A stretch of DNA of 64,000 bases from Octopus vulgaris (lineage: Eukaryota): contig OX597831.1 in assembly GCA_951406725.2 (NCBI GenBank), forward strand, positions 21,638,001 through 21,702,000, written 5' to 3'. This document shows, in pieces, positions 26,870 to 40,577 of this stretch (the first letter of the stretch is position 1; each line of letters begins with the position of its first letter). Both the position numbers and the translations under genes were made by a program. Under the pieces are notes generated by a model. The model was not told the origin of the DNA. It saw only the letters and a program-made list of their open reading frames with translations, and ran no database searches.

Positions 26870-26947
26870 ATATATGTATATATATATATATGTGTGTGTG
26901 TGCAATATACATGTATGTAAATGAGTGTAAATACATATATACCTATC

Positions 26948-26985
<38 letters not shown>

Positions 26986-27028
26986 GTAGACATGTATGTA
27001 TATGAGTTTAAATAAATATATACTTATC

Positions 27029-27077
<49 letters not shown>

Positions 27078-27135
27078 ACAATATACATGTATCGATATGA
27101 GTGTAAATAAATATATACTTATCTGCATATATATA
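26870..27135 (+). repeat. Minisatellite, about 3 copies of a ~75-95-bp unit built around (TA)n
   Basis: acatgtat..atgagt(g/t)taaata.atatatac(c/t)tatctgcatata repeated three times. Confidence 0.8.
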
Positions 27136-27490
27136 TATATGCAAAGAGAGGGAGAGAGAGACAGAGACATACAGACAGACAGACAGAGAGAGTAAGGGAT
27201 ATATGTGTATTGTCCTCCTAACTGGAGAGTTGATTGTGTAATTGTGTTCTGCATCAGAGTTTCCGTCCATCTTCATTATATTTGCAATGCTAAGTGTATA
27301 AATAACGTCCCACTGAATACTTTATACGGTTTCAGCTTATCGTATTCAAAGGCCTGATCACAATCTGTCCGTTCACTATTATTATAGCTAATTAACGCTG
27401 TTGTTCTAGGACCATTATAATAACTTAACTTACCGTTAACATCACGTTATCGTGGTACACAAACACACGCTCACATACACACACATATAT

Positions 27491-27524
<34 letters not shown>

Positions 27525-27738
27525 GAGTAGTTGAATGAATTATCTTATTATGGATAATTCGGTTAACCGATACCTGGGTAGCAAATTCACGTCAGAAAAA
27601 CACGGTTGAAGTTACATGCCTAGGGCAGAGATCACGTGCTATCGTGTGGAAATTTGTGTGTTTTTTGAATACAAATAAATGAAAGAATGGAGTTTGAACG
27701 ACGAATTTTGTTAATTCGTCGTTCAACTCCATTCTTTC

Positions 27739-27777
<39 letters not shown>

Positions 27778-27835
27778 TGTTTATATACACTCACATACAC
27801 CCACACATACGTACACACACACATATATATATATA

Positions 27836-28014
27836 GTCGACATGTTTGATTGGTAAATCCACAAGCTTTTTATTCTCTATCTGTTTATCTTCTCGTGTTC
27901 CTTGCTGTTGAAGATCGTTGGCTCGAAATGTAAAAGACCTTGCCGAGCGTCAAACTAATACACCTGCTTGTTGTTTAAACACTTGTTTTCGTCTTTTGTT
28001 TATCTGTAAATTTC

Positions 28015-28018
<4 letters not shown>
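27836..28018 (+). mobile_element. Short microsatellite-embedded hammerhead element (CUGUUGA variant), diverged
   Basis: CTT G CTGTTGA A GATC GTTG GCTC GAAA TG TA AAAG at 27901-27936, followed by gagcgtcaaactaatac...cgtcttttgt as in 50510-50721. Confidence 0.7.
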
Positions 28019-28052
<34 letters not shown>

Positions 28053-28181
28053 ATATATATATATATATATACATGCATATGTACATATTTATATACATAT
28101 ATATATGCATATATATATATAAACACACACACATATATATATATATACATATATATATTTTTATGCACACACACAGAGACA

Positions 28182-28234
<53 letters not shown>

Positions 28235-28279
28235 GTATATATTTATAAATATACACGTATGTACTGCTTTGATGTGAAA

Positions 28280-28545
28280 TACGAGGGTCAAATGTTCATA
28301 GAGTGGCTGTTATATTCTCATCAATTATAACCAAATGAGGTTTATTTTTCAGCATAGACTGCATTGCGGTTCTCACACTTCTTCCATCAGCGTTGCTGTG
28401 TTTGGATCCCATTCGTGAAATGTTATATCCTATTGGCCAAAAAAAGTTATCGTCATCATCACTGGGATACTGCTTTCTAGCTTATATTTTCTATATTGGA
28501 AACTGATGATATTCAGATGGGGCCAAATTATACAGCTGCGTTTTA
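28280..28545 (-). mobile_element. Mariner-like remnant (terminus)
   Basis: TA-CGAGGG TIR-like start followed by cacacttcttccatcag, resembling the antisense of a mariner transposase C-terminus. Confidence 0.45.
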
Positions 28546-28656
28546 CCAAAATGTCCCATTGTTTTAATATATATTTATATTCGACTTTTGGTAATTTGGG
28601 AATGATATAAAACTGTTTTGACCGATTGGGATGTTTATTCTTTATACATTACAATT

Positions 28657-28718
<62 letters not shown>

Positions 28719-28722
<4 letters not shown>

Positions 28723-28932
28723 ATCCAAACAAGAAAACACAAAAAAAATCACAACAACGCGAGGACGTGGAACAAATAAAGTATTATTTGACGCTCAGGA
28801 AAGAAGGGAAGAAGGAGGGTTTAATGTTTCGAGCGGAGCTCTTCGTCGGAAACATAGGAGAAGGAAAGATCCCGAGAAGGGAAGACGGAGGAAAAAAATC
28901 GCCAGCGGTACTCACGAAGTCACATATTGAAA

Positions 28933-28934
<2 letters not shown>
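28719..28934 (-). mobile_element. Short (TA)n-embedded hammerhead element
   Basis: Flanked by (TA)n on both sides. Minus 28853-28819: GTTT CCGACGA A GAGC TCC GCTC GAAA CA TT AAAC. Homologous to 51456-51700. Confidence 0.8.
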
Positions 28935-28984
<50 letters not shown>

Positions 28985-30076
28985 ATTTAAAATGAGGGTG
29001 AAAAATTGAATATTAATTTGATTAAGATCAATTTAAAACCAGTGGTCTAGCATATTAAAATCTGAAGGTTCAGTAAATTGTATTACATACATATGTATAT
29101 GTGTGTGTATGTATATGTGTATGTATGCATGTATATGTGTATGTGTTTGTGCGTTTGCGTCGGTGTGAGTGTGCATATGTATGTTTATGTGTACTTGTTA
29201 TTTGCTTCTCGTCACTTGGCAACCGGTATGGCTCCATTTGTGTCTTTGCAACTTCGCTATATTTACATAGTTTCTTTGATACGCAAGTTAGAAAGTCGAC
29301 ATGACATGACGCATTTTAAAGCTGTCACCAAAGAATCAATTTGTTGTTGGATCACGTATAACATTATATAAGACAACAATCAACTTATTGCCTATGTATT
29401 TTAATAGATCAAGTAGCGCTTAAGATTAACGCTACGCGCATAGATTTCTTACTATCTTCAACATCCTCATGAATCTAAGCAAAGTGGATCTTTTATAAAT
29501 AGCACCTCCAGCAGTCCATCTTTTTCTCACGCGTTGTCTCTCATGTCAGGGATTATAAAAGTCATTGATTACGTAAACTGATATGTCAAAGAAATCGGAT
29601 GTCTTTGGAGACGTTTCCTAATTGTCTCAATTGAATTGTTCTGAATTTTTAACCCTAAGTAGTCTCTGGTGGTCTCGGAGACCTGTTCTCAAGTGTTCTC
29701 CACTCATGGATAACCTGTATTTTATTTCCTTTAGAACATAGCCTATACCTCAGGTTATTATCTAGGTAATGTGTTTGCATATCAGTAGAATGACATTTCA
29801 CGGTTATTAATCAATGACATCTTAAGTGAGAACTGATACCAGTGAAGTAAATATATGTTGTTTGCTTAAAACATTTCGTTGAGAAGTATATTACACAATA
29901 GAGTGTATAAAAGGTGAAGGAGGGGAGACTGGCTGCTGTGAATCGAGGCTACGAGATTACACGTCTGGGCTTATATATGCTCACACACACGAGCGCGCGC
30001 ACACATAGGCACACCGTTCACAAACACACATACATATATATAAATATCATTACAGGAATATTATACACTTGTATAT

Positions 30077-30489
30077 ACTCTTTTACTCTTTTTACTTTTT
30101 TACTTGTTTCAGTCATTTTGACTGCGGCCCATGCTGGAGCACCGCCTTTAGTCGAGCAAATCGACGCCCAGGACTTATTCTTTGTAAACCCAGTACTTAT
30201 TCTATCGGTCTCTATTGCCGAACCGCTAGGTGACGGGGACGTAAACACACCAGCATTGGTTGTCAAGCAATGCTAAAGGGACAAACACAGACACGCAAAC
30301 ACACACACGTATACATATATATACATATATACGACAGGCTTCTTTCAGTTTCCGTCTACCAAATCCACTCACAAGGCATTGGTCGGCCCGGGGCTATAGC
30401 AGAAGACACTTGCCCAAGATGCCATGCAGTGGGACTGTACCCGGAACCATGTGGTTGGTTAGCAAGCTACTTACCACACAGCCACTCCG
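30077..30489 (-). mobile_element. SINE family A
   Basis: Near-complete match to 3141-3521. Confidence 0.9.
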
Positions 30490-30503
30490 TGAAATATATA
30501 TAT

Positions 30504-30726
30504 ATTTCTTTACTGCCCAGAAGGGGCTAAGCATAGAGGGGACAAACAAGGACAGACGAAGGGATTGAGTCGATTATATCGCCCCCAGTGCGAAACTGGT
30601 ACTTTATTTATCGACCCCGAAAGGATGAAAGGCAAAGTTGACGTCGGGGGAATTTGAACTCAGAACGTAACGACAGACGAAATAACGCTAAGCATTTCGC
30701 CCGGCGCGTTAACGTGTCTAACAGCT
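30504..30726 (-). mobile_element. SINE family B monomer
   Basis: Matches 15118-15350. Confidence 0.88.
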
Positions 30727-30834
30727 CTCTTGAAATATATATATATATATATATATATTCTTTTATTCTTCTGTTTGTTCCAGTCATTTGACTGCGGTCA
30801 TGCTGGCGTCCCTTATTCGATTTTATTCGTTTTA

Positions 30835-31090
30835 TTCGTTTGTCCCTGGTGCCGTGGGAGCATTGGTTTCAATGCCACCCAACATGAAGAAATATGTGGA
30901 AAATTTAGAAATACACTTCAATCGAGGTGTATTGCAAAAATCGGTATTACTTGGAACTGCATGCATATTGCATAAGGTTCTGTCTGTCTGAGGTCCTTGT
31001 AGTAACTTGACAGACGGCCCAAATCCACGGTAGACAGAATATTTTTCAACCAGCAACATCACGATATTGGATACTTTGTGACGTCTTACA
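30835..31090 (+). mobile_element. R4/Dong-clade LINE 3' end
   Basis: VPGAVGALVSMPPNMKKYVENLEIHFNRGVLQKSVLLGTACILHKVLSV*, short 3' UTR, then (AAT)n. Confidence 0.85.
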
Positions 31091-31219
31091 AAATAATAAT
31101 AAAAATAATAATAATAATAAAAATAATAATAATAATAAAAATAATAATAATAATAAAAATAATAATAATAATAACAATAAAAATAATAAACGCAACAACA
31201 ACAACAACATCAAAAGTAA

Positions 31220-31771
31220 TGCCTTGATGCATTACCAGGCAGTGGCTTTCATGGCTTTCGCTCTTAACTGATTGGAAGTGTTATTCTGTTCATTGTTTTG
31301 TCTTGGCATAAAAGATGGGCTACAGAAAATATTCTGCTCAATACCACAGATTAGTTTGCCAGTTGTTTGACCTTAGCCAGTTGTGCATGTCCCTTAGTGG
31401 CTTACTATACATGCAACTCTGATCACGAGCAGAAGTATAGGGGGAGCATCATAGCCCTGTGGTGAGAGAAATTCTTTGGGGTTTGAATAATTCACCTCTG
31501 GAAACATGGATGTTTCGTTGACCATCCTTAAGCAACCCTCATTCAGGGACCTTTTGAGCGGGATGTGCTACTCGACCTGATGAAAATTCTAACTGGGCTG
31601 CACCTGAGAGTTTATGCGCTGTTTATCTTGATATGAGATCACCATGTCACGCACATATGGTTGTTATACATAGGGTTGTGATGCTTATCAGACGGGTAGT
31701 CCTGATCGGTATACTGCGATTCTTATATTCTACCCCAGTGTCACTTTGATGTCATGCGTTACTCTCTCACT
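31220..31771 (+). mobile_element. Family D: ~550-bp non-coding element embedded in (AAT)n
   Basis: Collinear with the reverse complement of 46378-46948; simple-repeat flanks on both sides. Confidence 0.8.
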
Positions 31772-31772
31772 C

Positions 31773-31832
<60 letters not shown>

Positions 31833-31883
31833 TATAATAATAATAATAATAGTAATAATAATCGTAATAGTAATAATAATAAT

Positions 31884-31943
<60 letters not shown>

Positions 31944-31954
31944 AATAATAATAA

Positions 31955-31995
<41 letters not shown>

Positions 31996-32084
31996 CAAAC
32001 TTTTTTTATTTTTTTATTTTTTTTTATTTTTATGTATTAGACATTCACTAGTACAACACCAACCCCCAAACCCCCCCAAAACCC

Positions 32085-32183
32085 CCAAATATATGGCACA
32101 GAACTTCCAACCTGTTGTCTCTTGAGGTCTCTGGGTGAGACTTGGAGCCAACTTGTACAGACATAAAGCAAAAGTCAAACATA

Positions 32184-32185
<2 letters not shown>
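32085..32185 (+). mobile_element. Probable R4/Dong 3'-UTR fragment
   Basis: ttgaggtctctgggtgagacttgga...atag followed directly by (AAT)n; resembles the 3' UTRs at 30990 and 48560. Confidence 0.45.
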
Positions 32186-32257
<72 letters not shown>

Positions 32258-32590
32258 TTCACCAGACAATATGCCCTAACATTCTGACAATATCGATACT
32301 AAAAGCTGTTATAATATGTCTGTCGAAAATCCGGATTCCAAGGCAGCAAATTTACCAGTCAGCAAATTCTAATCAAATGAAGCGAACTAGAAGACAGCAA
32401 AAGAATATTCGCCGCCGGGAATTTATAATGTTCTCAAAAAGAAATCTTCAGGCAAGCAAGCACCTCAGATATACAAAACTGTCTTCAAAGAATTCACTCC
32501 AATAATTTATACTTGACTTCAAATGATGGTTACTGAATATGAATTCTGACTGTATTGTTGTTCGTTCAAGTTGTCTTACAATAATTGTTT

Positions 32591-32648
<58 letters not shown>

Positions 32649-32668
32649 TGATGATGATGATTTCGTTT

Positions 32669-32774
<106 letters not shown>

Positions 32775-32785
32775 TGATTTCGTTT

Positions 32786-32822
<37 letters not shown>

Positions 32823-32858
32823 TTTCGTTTGTACTACTACTACTACTACTACTACTAC

Positions 32859-32916
<58 letters not shown>

Positions 32917-33470
32917 AAGAGAGAGTTCCGCGCTGAATAACAACTTGGATGTGCTACCCCAGGCTCTCCATTCAAAAACAAATCTAATCTAATAACATCG
33001 GTGGAATGGTATAAAGGAACCTGTGTACGACTTGAAGAAAGCATCCTTTTAACGAAGATAATCACAAAAACAATATTTATTGCCATACAAAGCATGGCTT
33101 CTTCCATACACGATGTATGAATGAAACATGTACGAAAGACATATGTGAAATCAACATCGGAAAGTATAAACATTATAAAATATAGGCAGAAAAATACAGT
33201 AAGTACGCAAATTGATTAATTACGCATACACTCGAATGTGTACACAATCATATATACATTTTAATACCCCTACGACTACACATACATCCCAATGTTTACA
33301 CAAGTATGTGAAATTTACAGGACACATATACACACACGCATATGAAAGCACGTGTCATAAATGAATCGCAAATATAACAAAACATTTTTTTTTTTCGAAC
33401 TAACATGGATGGAGCGAACAATTCATAAGTTTAAAAACACCACAAAAATCTATGCCCGGAGATAAACCTA

Positions 33471-33885
33471 TACTCTTCTACTCTTTTACTCTTTTACTTG
33501 TTTCAGTCAGTTGACTGTGGCCATGCTGGAGCACCGCCTTTAGTCGAGCAAATCGACCCCGGAACTTATTCTTTGTAAGCCTAGTATTTATTCTATCGGT
33601 CTCAATTGCCGAACCGCTAAGTTACGGGTATGTAAACACACCAGCATCAGTTGTCAAGCGATGTTTGGAGGACAAACACACACACACACACAGACACACA
33701 CACATACATATAGATATGTGTATATACATATATACGACGGGCTTGTTTCAGTTTCCGTGTACCAAATCCACTGACAAGGCTTTGGTCGGCCCGAGGCTAT
33801 AGTAGAAGACACTTGCCCAAGGTGCCACGCAGTGGGACTGAACCCGGAACCATGCGGTTACTTACCACACAACCACTCCTACGCC
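33471..33885 (-). mobile_element. SINE family A
   Basis: Match to 3141-3521 with a (TACTCTTT)n tail. Confidence 0.9.
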
Positions 33886-34018
33886 TATCAAAAATAAATA
33901 AATACAGAAGAATACATATTTGTTAGTCTTATGGAGCTACGTTACGAGCAATGTTTTCATTCAGAGAACTTGGAGGCGGTGAAATGATAAAAAACCAAGT
34001 CGACCTCGGTGGAATTTG

Positions 34019-34330
34019 AGCTGAAACTCTTTACGAAGACAGCATTACACCAACGCATTATATGCATACATACGTACACGTGTGCGTGTGTGAGTGTGTC
34101 TAGGTATCTAAATGCATGCTAGGCATATTGATGTATGTATGAAATGAATCAATGCTGCCTGTCAATTCTCGGGCGTAGAAGCATTGTATTAAGTATTGAC
34201 ATCAGTGAAAAGAGACCTACGCTAAACTATTGAGAAATCTGCAGTTACTCTATCCAGATTACAAGTCCAGTTTTATACCTGTAATTATTGGGGGTCCCTG
34301 GACATGTAACACACTGCGTAATACCAATCT
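34019..34330 (+). repeat. Near-identical copy of 39761-40072 inserted into a minus-strand SINE-B
   Basis: Sequences align almost base for base; SINE-B consensus ggaatttga|actcagaa is split exactly by this block. Confidence 0.9.
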
Positions 34331-34859
34331 CAGAATGTAGGGATAGACGAAATGCTGCTAAGCATTTTGCTCCGTGTGCTAACAATTCTGCCAGCTCACC
34401 AATAATAACTAATAACACTACAACTACTACTACTAATAATAATAATCCTAGTTATTTTTCTTGTTGTTGTATATTATATGTTGTTATGGTCCTTCTCTAT
34501 AATTCATGGTGGATCGGTGGTGTTGGTGATGGCATACGTCCATTTTCTTTTCTCCCATCATATTTGCTTGAATATTTAAAAAAATGAATCTCTTTAAATA
34601 ATCTTTGTAAATTTCCTTTTTGTGTGTTATTGGATCAGTTCTGATTCTAACAGAGAATATGGAGGATTAATTCTGGGAGATTATAATACAACTAATCCTG
34701 TATCGTGTTTGCAGTTTATACGCACATCGACAAATATGCACATCGTGGCAATCACACACAGACAGACACACATTTATTATTATTTCGGAGGGGGACGAAA
34801 TAAACTGCATCAACTTGCTATAATAAGCAGGTAGTAATTTTAGGTTGCTTTTATCCTTA

Positions 34860-35590
34860 GTGCAAGTCTGGAAGAGTGCAATTCGATTTTAACAGTTATT
34901 TTTATAGAGCTATAATGGAAGTGACAAAAAAGCATATTCGGCATATTTTGCTTTATGAGTTCAATAAAAGCAACAACACATCGGAAAGTGCAAGGAATAT
35001 TAATGCAGTATATGGGGATCGGAAAATAAGCGTAAGCCAGTGTCAGAAACTACAGCACGGAAGATGAGCCTCGTTCTGTATGATTTGTAGAGATCAACGA
35101 GGAAGAAAATGCCATTGTAACTGTTGAGAAACCAGCAGAGAAGCTTGGATTTGGTCATTCAACCATTCATCGACACCTGCCTGCCGTTGGAAGAGTCAGA
35201 AAGTTGGATTAATGGGTTTCTCACAAACTTTCCAAGTCTGTAAGCTCGGCCACGTATAGAAAGGATGATATTCCAAAGGCTGGAGCAGTTTGAATGAGAA
35301 ACGATGTTCTACCCACCGTATTCACAGGACATTACCCCCATCTGACTATCATTTATTCCGCAGTCTTCAAAATCATTTGGACGAAGGAAATGTGAATTCT
35401 TTAGACGAGGTCAGAACAATACTGTACGAGTATTTTTTGGAAGAGGGACCATACAAGTCTACAAGATAGATGGAAGGAAAATGTACAAAATGAAGGAGAG
35501 TATAGTTTAGATTAAAAAAGAACTTTGTTCATCTCAATTTAAAAAAATAAAAGATGTATAAAAAAACTACAGTATTTATGAGATGACATT
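34860..35590 (+). mobile_element. Mariner remnant, internally deleted
   Basis: MEVTKKHIRHILLYEFNKSNNTSESARNINAVYG (mariner HTH), a WVSHKL-like segment and HPPYSQDITPSDYHLFRSLQNHL. Confidence 0.9.
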
Positions 35591-35602
35591 ATGTATATAT
35601 AT

Positions 35603-35676
<74 letters not shown>

Positions 35677-35917
35677 TTATAGGCAAGTATAGAGACCGTG
35701 CGCAGCAATATTCATGAATAAAATCAGTAAGGGGAACGGTAATAGGATGCAAGATCTAAAATTCAAATATAAGAATTATCATTCCTGATATTCAAATTCC
35801 CGTGACTGAGCTTTGTTCCTTCCTTAGCAACCAATTCCTACCATTCAAAATACTAAATGATACGCACGCACAACTACATAAATACATACGTACATACATA
35901 ATACATACATATATACA

Positions 35918-35950
<33 letters not shown>

Positions 35951-35976
35951 TTATACACATATATACGTATGTATAG

Positions 35977-36044
<68 letters not shown>

Positions 36045-36089
36045 TATGAATATATGTACATATGTACGTACATAAATATATATGTATAA

Positions 36090-36135
<46 letters not shown>

Positions 36136-36463
36136 TATATGCATGCGCATATATTTTTTGTATGTATGTATACATCCTGTCGATTATTTATGCTTACAGC
36201 CATGGTTAAACATAACTTGGAGAGTGTATAATTTAATTAGAAGCTGAATACTTTTATGCAGCCACTCTCAGTTTTATTTTACGGATTTATTAAGTATCAT
36301 GGCAATATATAAGGGAATATATTCGCGGCCATGTCCAAATTTATTCTTCAGCATCATACCAAATTCTAGTTGCTGATAAATTCATTTATGCTGTTGTCAT
36401 GCGCAGTCGTTATACACAGGATCAGTGTGTAAGATAACAATGATACACACACATACTTAAATA

Positions 36464-36510
<47 letters not shown>

Positions 36511-36551
36511 ACAAACTTTCTTGTATATATATATATATATATATACATATT

Positions 36552-36645
<94 letters not shown>

Positions 36646-37101
36646 ACCATGGATGCGTGAGGTTCTATATATATTTGATACTTAATATAATACATTATTC
36701 TTAATTCCAGTTGTGAAAATTCTCGCAAATTGCTAAATTGCTATATTATGGATATTCTGTATAAAGTGTATAATGCACATTTATTACATATACTGTGTTG
36801 GCTGTACATGTATGGTCCGGGCGTACACTGTCTAATAAATATATACCAATGTGAGTTGAAATTCGAAGTTAACCAGCATAACTTTAGTTTATATTAACCC
36901 TCCAAAACATGTTTATTATGTATCGTCTTTCCTTTCTGCTTTTCATACTTTTTCTTCCCTCCTTCGGTGTTACTGGGAAGCTGAAATAAGCTCAGGATAC
37001 TTTTTACTATAAAAGAGAAATGATGTACGATTTTTCGGGAGGAAATTTTCAAAATACGTACATCCTTCCCTGTGCACCGGATCTTCGCCTATTATTTGAT
37101 A

Positions 37102-37502
37102 CTAGCAGTATCGCCCGGCGTTGCTCGGGTTTGTAAGGGAAATAACTATAACGCATTTTTAGAGTTATAGCTAAAAAATAGCAAAAAAATGCATTAAAAA
37201 TGGAAAAAAAAAACATGGTAAATTTTTTTTAAATCGTTGACTCATCGTAGACATTTTTAGAGAGTTACTTCCTTTATATTAAAAAAAAATATGCAATGGA
37301 AAAATAAAATGGAAAAAAATAATGGTAAATTATTTTTAAAATCGTAGACTCATCGTAGACGCGCGCTAATACCCAGAAGGGCTCGATATGAATCACGACT
37401 ATTAGTACCCGGTTTTGGTTAAACTGCACCGCAAAATGTGGGAGTAGTTAGGAATCTAAATCGGAGTAGACAGACACACAACCTTACTTTTATATATAAA
37501 GA
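37102..37502 (-). mobile_element. Non-autonomous Helitron
   Basis: Minus strand A|TCTTTATATATAAAAG...CCCGAGCAACGCCGGG hairpin...CTAG|T: 5' TC, subterminal hairpin, 3' CTAG, AT target, no TSD. Internal ~115-bp tandem duplication. Confidence 0.88.
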
Positions 37503-37831
37503 TATACATATAGCTATGTGCATTATTTGATTTCTAAGTATAACTGTACAATGGTGTATTTGTCTCAAAGGTTTGAATGAAATGTTGAGCTTTTTTGGTA
37601 TTTACCTGTCAGGTGTATAACGTTTGTTTCATGTCACTTGTATGGCATTCCTTTCGTTGTTTATGCTGTCGCGTAATACAATTTATTTCGCTCATTCCGT
37701 AGCCTAATACATCTATAACTGTTTTTGTTTTGTTAATCATCATATAGAAATTTTGGACGTTCAGAAAATACTGTCCAATAAGGCAAATATTTTAATAACT
37801 TTTGGCTTTTATGCCCACATTATGCACACGT

Positions 37832-37862
<31 letters not shown>

Positions 37863-38081
37863 GTAAATATATAAAGTGTACATATGCACACATTATAATG
37901 CTCACTTTTATGCACATATATGGTTATACACTTCGAAATATACATGTATACATGCAAAGCTGTGTTCATGAATTTATTGGTAACACACACGCATATTTTC
38001 CTTTTTTGTACTCTTCTGTATGCTCTAGCCATGGAGAATCATTTTGTTGAACATATCAATCCCAGTATTCTATGTATGTAT

Positions 38082-38375
38082 ATGGCCCAATGGTTAGGGC
38101 AGCGGCCTCGCGGTCGGAGGATCGCGGTTTCGATTCCAAGACCGGGCGTCGTGAGTGTTTATTGAGCGAAAACACCTAAAGCTCTACGAGGCTCCTGCAA
38201 GGGGTGATGGCAATCCCTGCTGTACTCTTTCGCCACAACTTTCTCTCACTCTTTCTTCTGTTGGCCTGCTCGCTTAGCCAGCCGGGTGGCGTCATTCGAA
38301 GGCTAAAATAATGCGAACGCATTGTGACCAGCGATGTTTAGCAACATCTAATGGTCTGGTCGGTCACGTGATCAC

Positions 38376-38379
<4 letters not shown>
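38082..38379 (+). mobile_element. SINE family C, tail type 3
   Basis: Same head and central domain as the 14483 and 21828 copies up to tttctctcactct, then an unrelated tail ending cacgtgatcacggg. Confidence 0.88.
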
Positions 38380-38422
<43 letters not shown>

Positions 38423-38689
38423 GTGTGTGTGTGTGTTGGTATGTGTGTTTGTATGCACCTTTTCTCTCTTTGGTTAATATTTTATAGAACTCTCTTTGTG
38501 AACTCGAAATGTTTGGTAACGTAAATAACTCATCACCTGTTTGAAACGATTTAGAGACACACAACAGAAAAACACATACGCATTCACACACGTGCACGCA
38601 CACACACACACACACACACTTACACACACACAGACGAGTTAGAATCTCTAAGCATTAACGTGTATAAATACAAATTTCTTACTAGTTGA

Positions 38690-38813
38690 AATATGCTTGA
38701 GGTATATTCGAACCCGTATGAAAGCTAAGTTATGGAGACGTAAACACACCGACATCGGTTGTCAAGCGATGGTGAGGGGACAAACGCTAACACTCAAGTA
38801 CACACACACACAC

Positions 38814-38845
<32 letters not shown>

Positions 38846-38991
38846 GACGGACTTCTCTCAGTTTCCGTCTACCAAATGCATTCAAAAAATTTTTGTAGAC
38901 CCGAAGATGTAGTAGAAGACCCATGCCGAAGGTTGCAAGCAACCATGTTGTTGGTAAACAAGCTAGTAACCACACAGTCACTTCTGCGCTT
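38690..38991 (-). mobile_element. SINE family A, diverged
   Basis: gacgtaaacacacc..catcggttgtcaagcg...cagtttccgtctaccaaat...accacacagtcacttctgcgc. Confidence 0.8.
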
Positions 38992-40029
38992 AGGCACGCA
39001 CACACCCCCGCAAACACGCACAAACACACACACGCACACACTCATACACACTTACACATATATACATATTTATACTTAATGAAAACTTCGCAAAAATCTT
39101 CTGCGCCCCCAGGCGGTCAGGTGTGAAAATCTCTTCTCGGTTAAAATAAGTCGAGTCAAATTTGAAAGTATGGAATTAACAGCAAGGATAAAACTAAGAT
39201 GTGCAGAGTATATACATTTTTACCTCATCATCTAGTTATAGCCATGTTGGAATCGTCCACTTGTCTTTGAAAACAAAGAAACAGCGCTGGACTCGATATT
39301 TTACAATGTTAGGTATATGTTATCAAGCGAAAGTACTTTATATTTTAAAAGGTATTCTTGATTCTGTTTTCATCCTCCAATATTATTTGTTCAGCAATAG
39401 AGAACTGAGAAAGAGAAGAATTTCTTTCTTACATATACGTCAATGTTTCCAGGCAACCTAAGAGTTTTGTTAATATAGTACAATCATTTTTATAGTGCAT
39501 TAATATAGCATTAATTTATACATTGGAGCATCAAAACATATTTATACGTAGAAGTCGTGATAGCTTAAATAACGTAAATGTGTGTTTTGATACATAGCGG
39601 CTTAAGTCATCAGTATTACTTTCTCAAAGTACTTGTCTCAACCTATGGCTACGATAACACACTAGTATTTTACAATGAAATTTTAAAAAATCTAACTCAA
39701 TAGACGTCCCAAATGTTACATCCGCTGCATTTCAAAAGATGCATCATTCTCTGAATTTTAAGCTGAAATTCTTTACGAAGACAGCATTACACCAACGCAT
39801 TATATGCATACATACGTACACGTGTGCGTGTGTGAGTGTGTCTAGGTATCTAAATGCATGCTAGGCATATTGATGTATGTATGAAATGAATCAATGCTGC
39901 CTGTCAATTCTCGGGCGTAGAAGCATTGTATTAAGTATTGACATCAGTGAAAAGAAACCTACGCTAAACTATTGAGAAATCTGCAGTTACTCTATCCAGA
40001 TTACAAGTCCAGTTTTATACCTGTAATTA

Positions 40030-40400
40030 TTGGGGTCCCTGGACATGTAACACACTGCGTAAATACCAATCTTGAGAAATTAGGCTTCTGAAAACTAGAA
40101 AGGAGAAGACTAATTCGAAGACTACAGATCCAATCCTTCACAGGAACTGTAAAAATCTGTAAAACTTTCCAGAAGTTTATCATTTAAATATATATAAGCA
40201 TGTCTAGATATGTAAATATATGCATGAGAATGCATACATAAAGCGAAACATACAATTCTGCACACACATATATATATATATATACAGACAGAGAGACAAA
40301 CAGACAAGAGTACCCTGTTTTTGATATTGAAATTCCAATTAAGGAGCCTTGGATCTAGGTTAGAAACTGGCTCTTTCTCTATTGGCAAGGAATCTTGAAA
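40030..40400 (+). mobile_element. LINE-derived (CR1/L2-like) 3' fragment
   Basis: LEKLGF*KLERRRL-like translation at ~40070-40115, followed by a 3'-UTR-like hairpin and (TCTA)n. Confidence 0.4.
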
Positions 40401-40410
40401 TACGTATACA

Positions 40411-40577
<167 letters not shown>

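Noticed and set aside
31220-31300. HDV-like ribozyme at the family D 5' end
   Set aside because: One hairpin is visible but the nested double pseudoknot could not be built by eye.
39575-39620. CTGATGA...CAAAACACAT on the minus strand
   Set aside because: No credible stem II and GAAA is absent.
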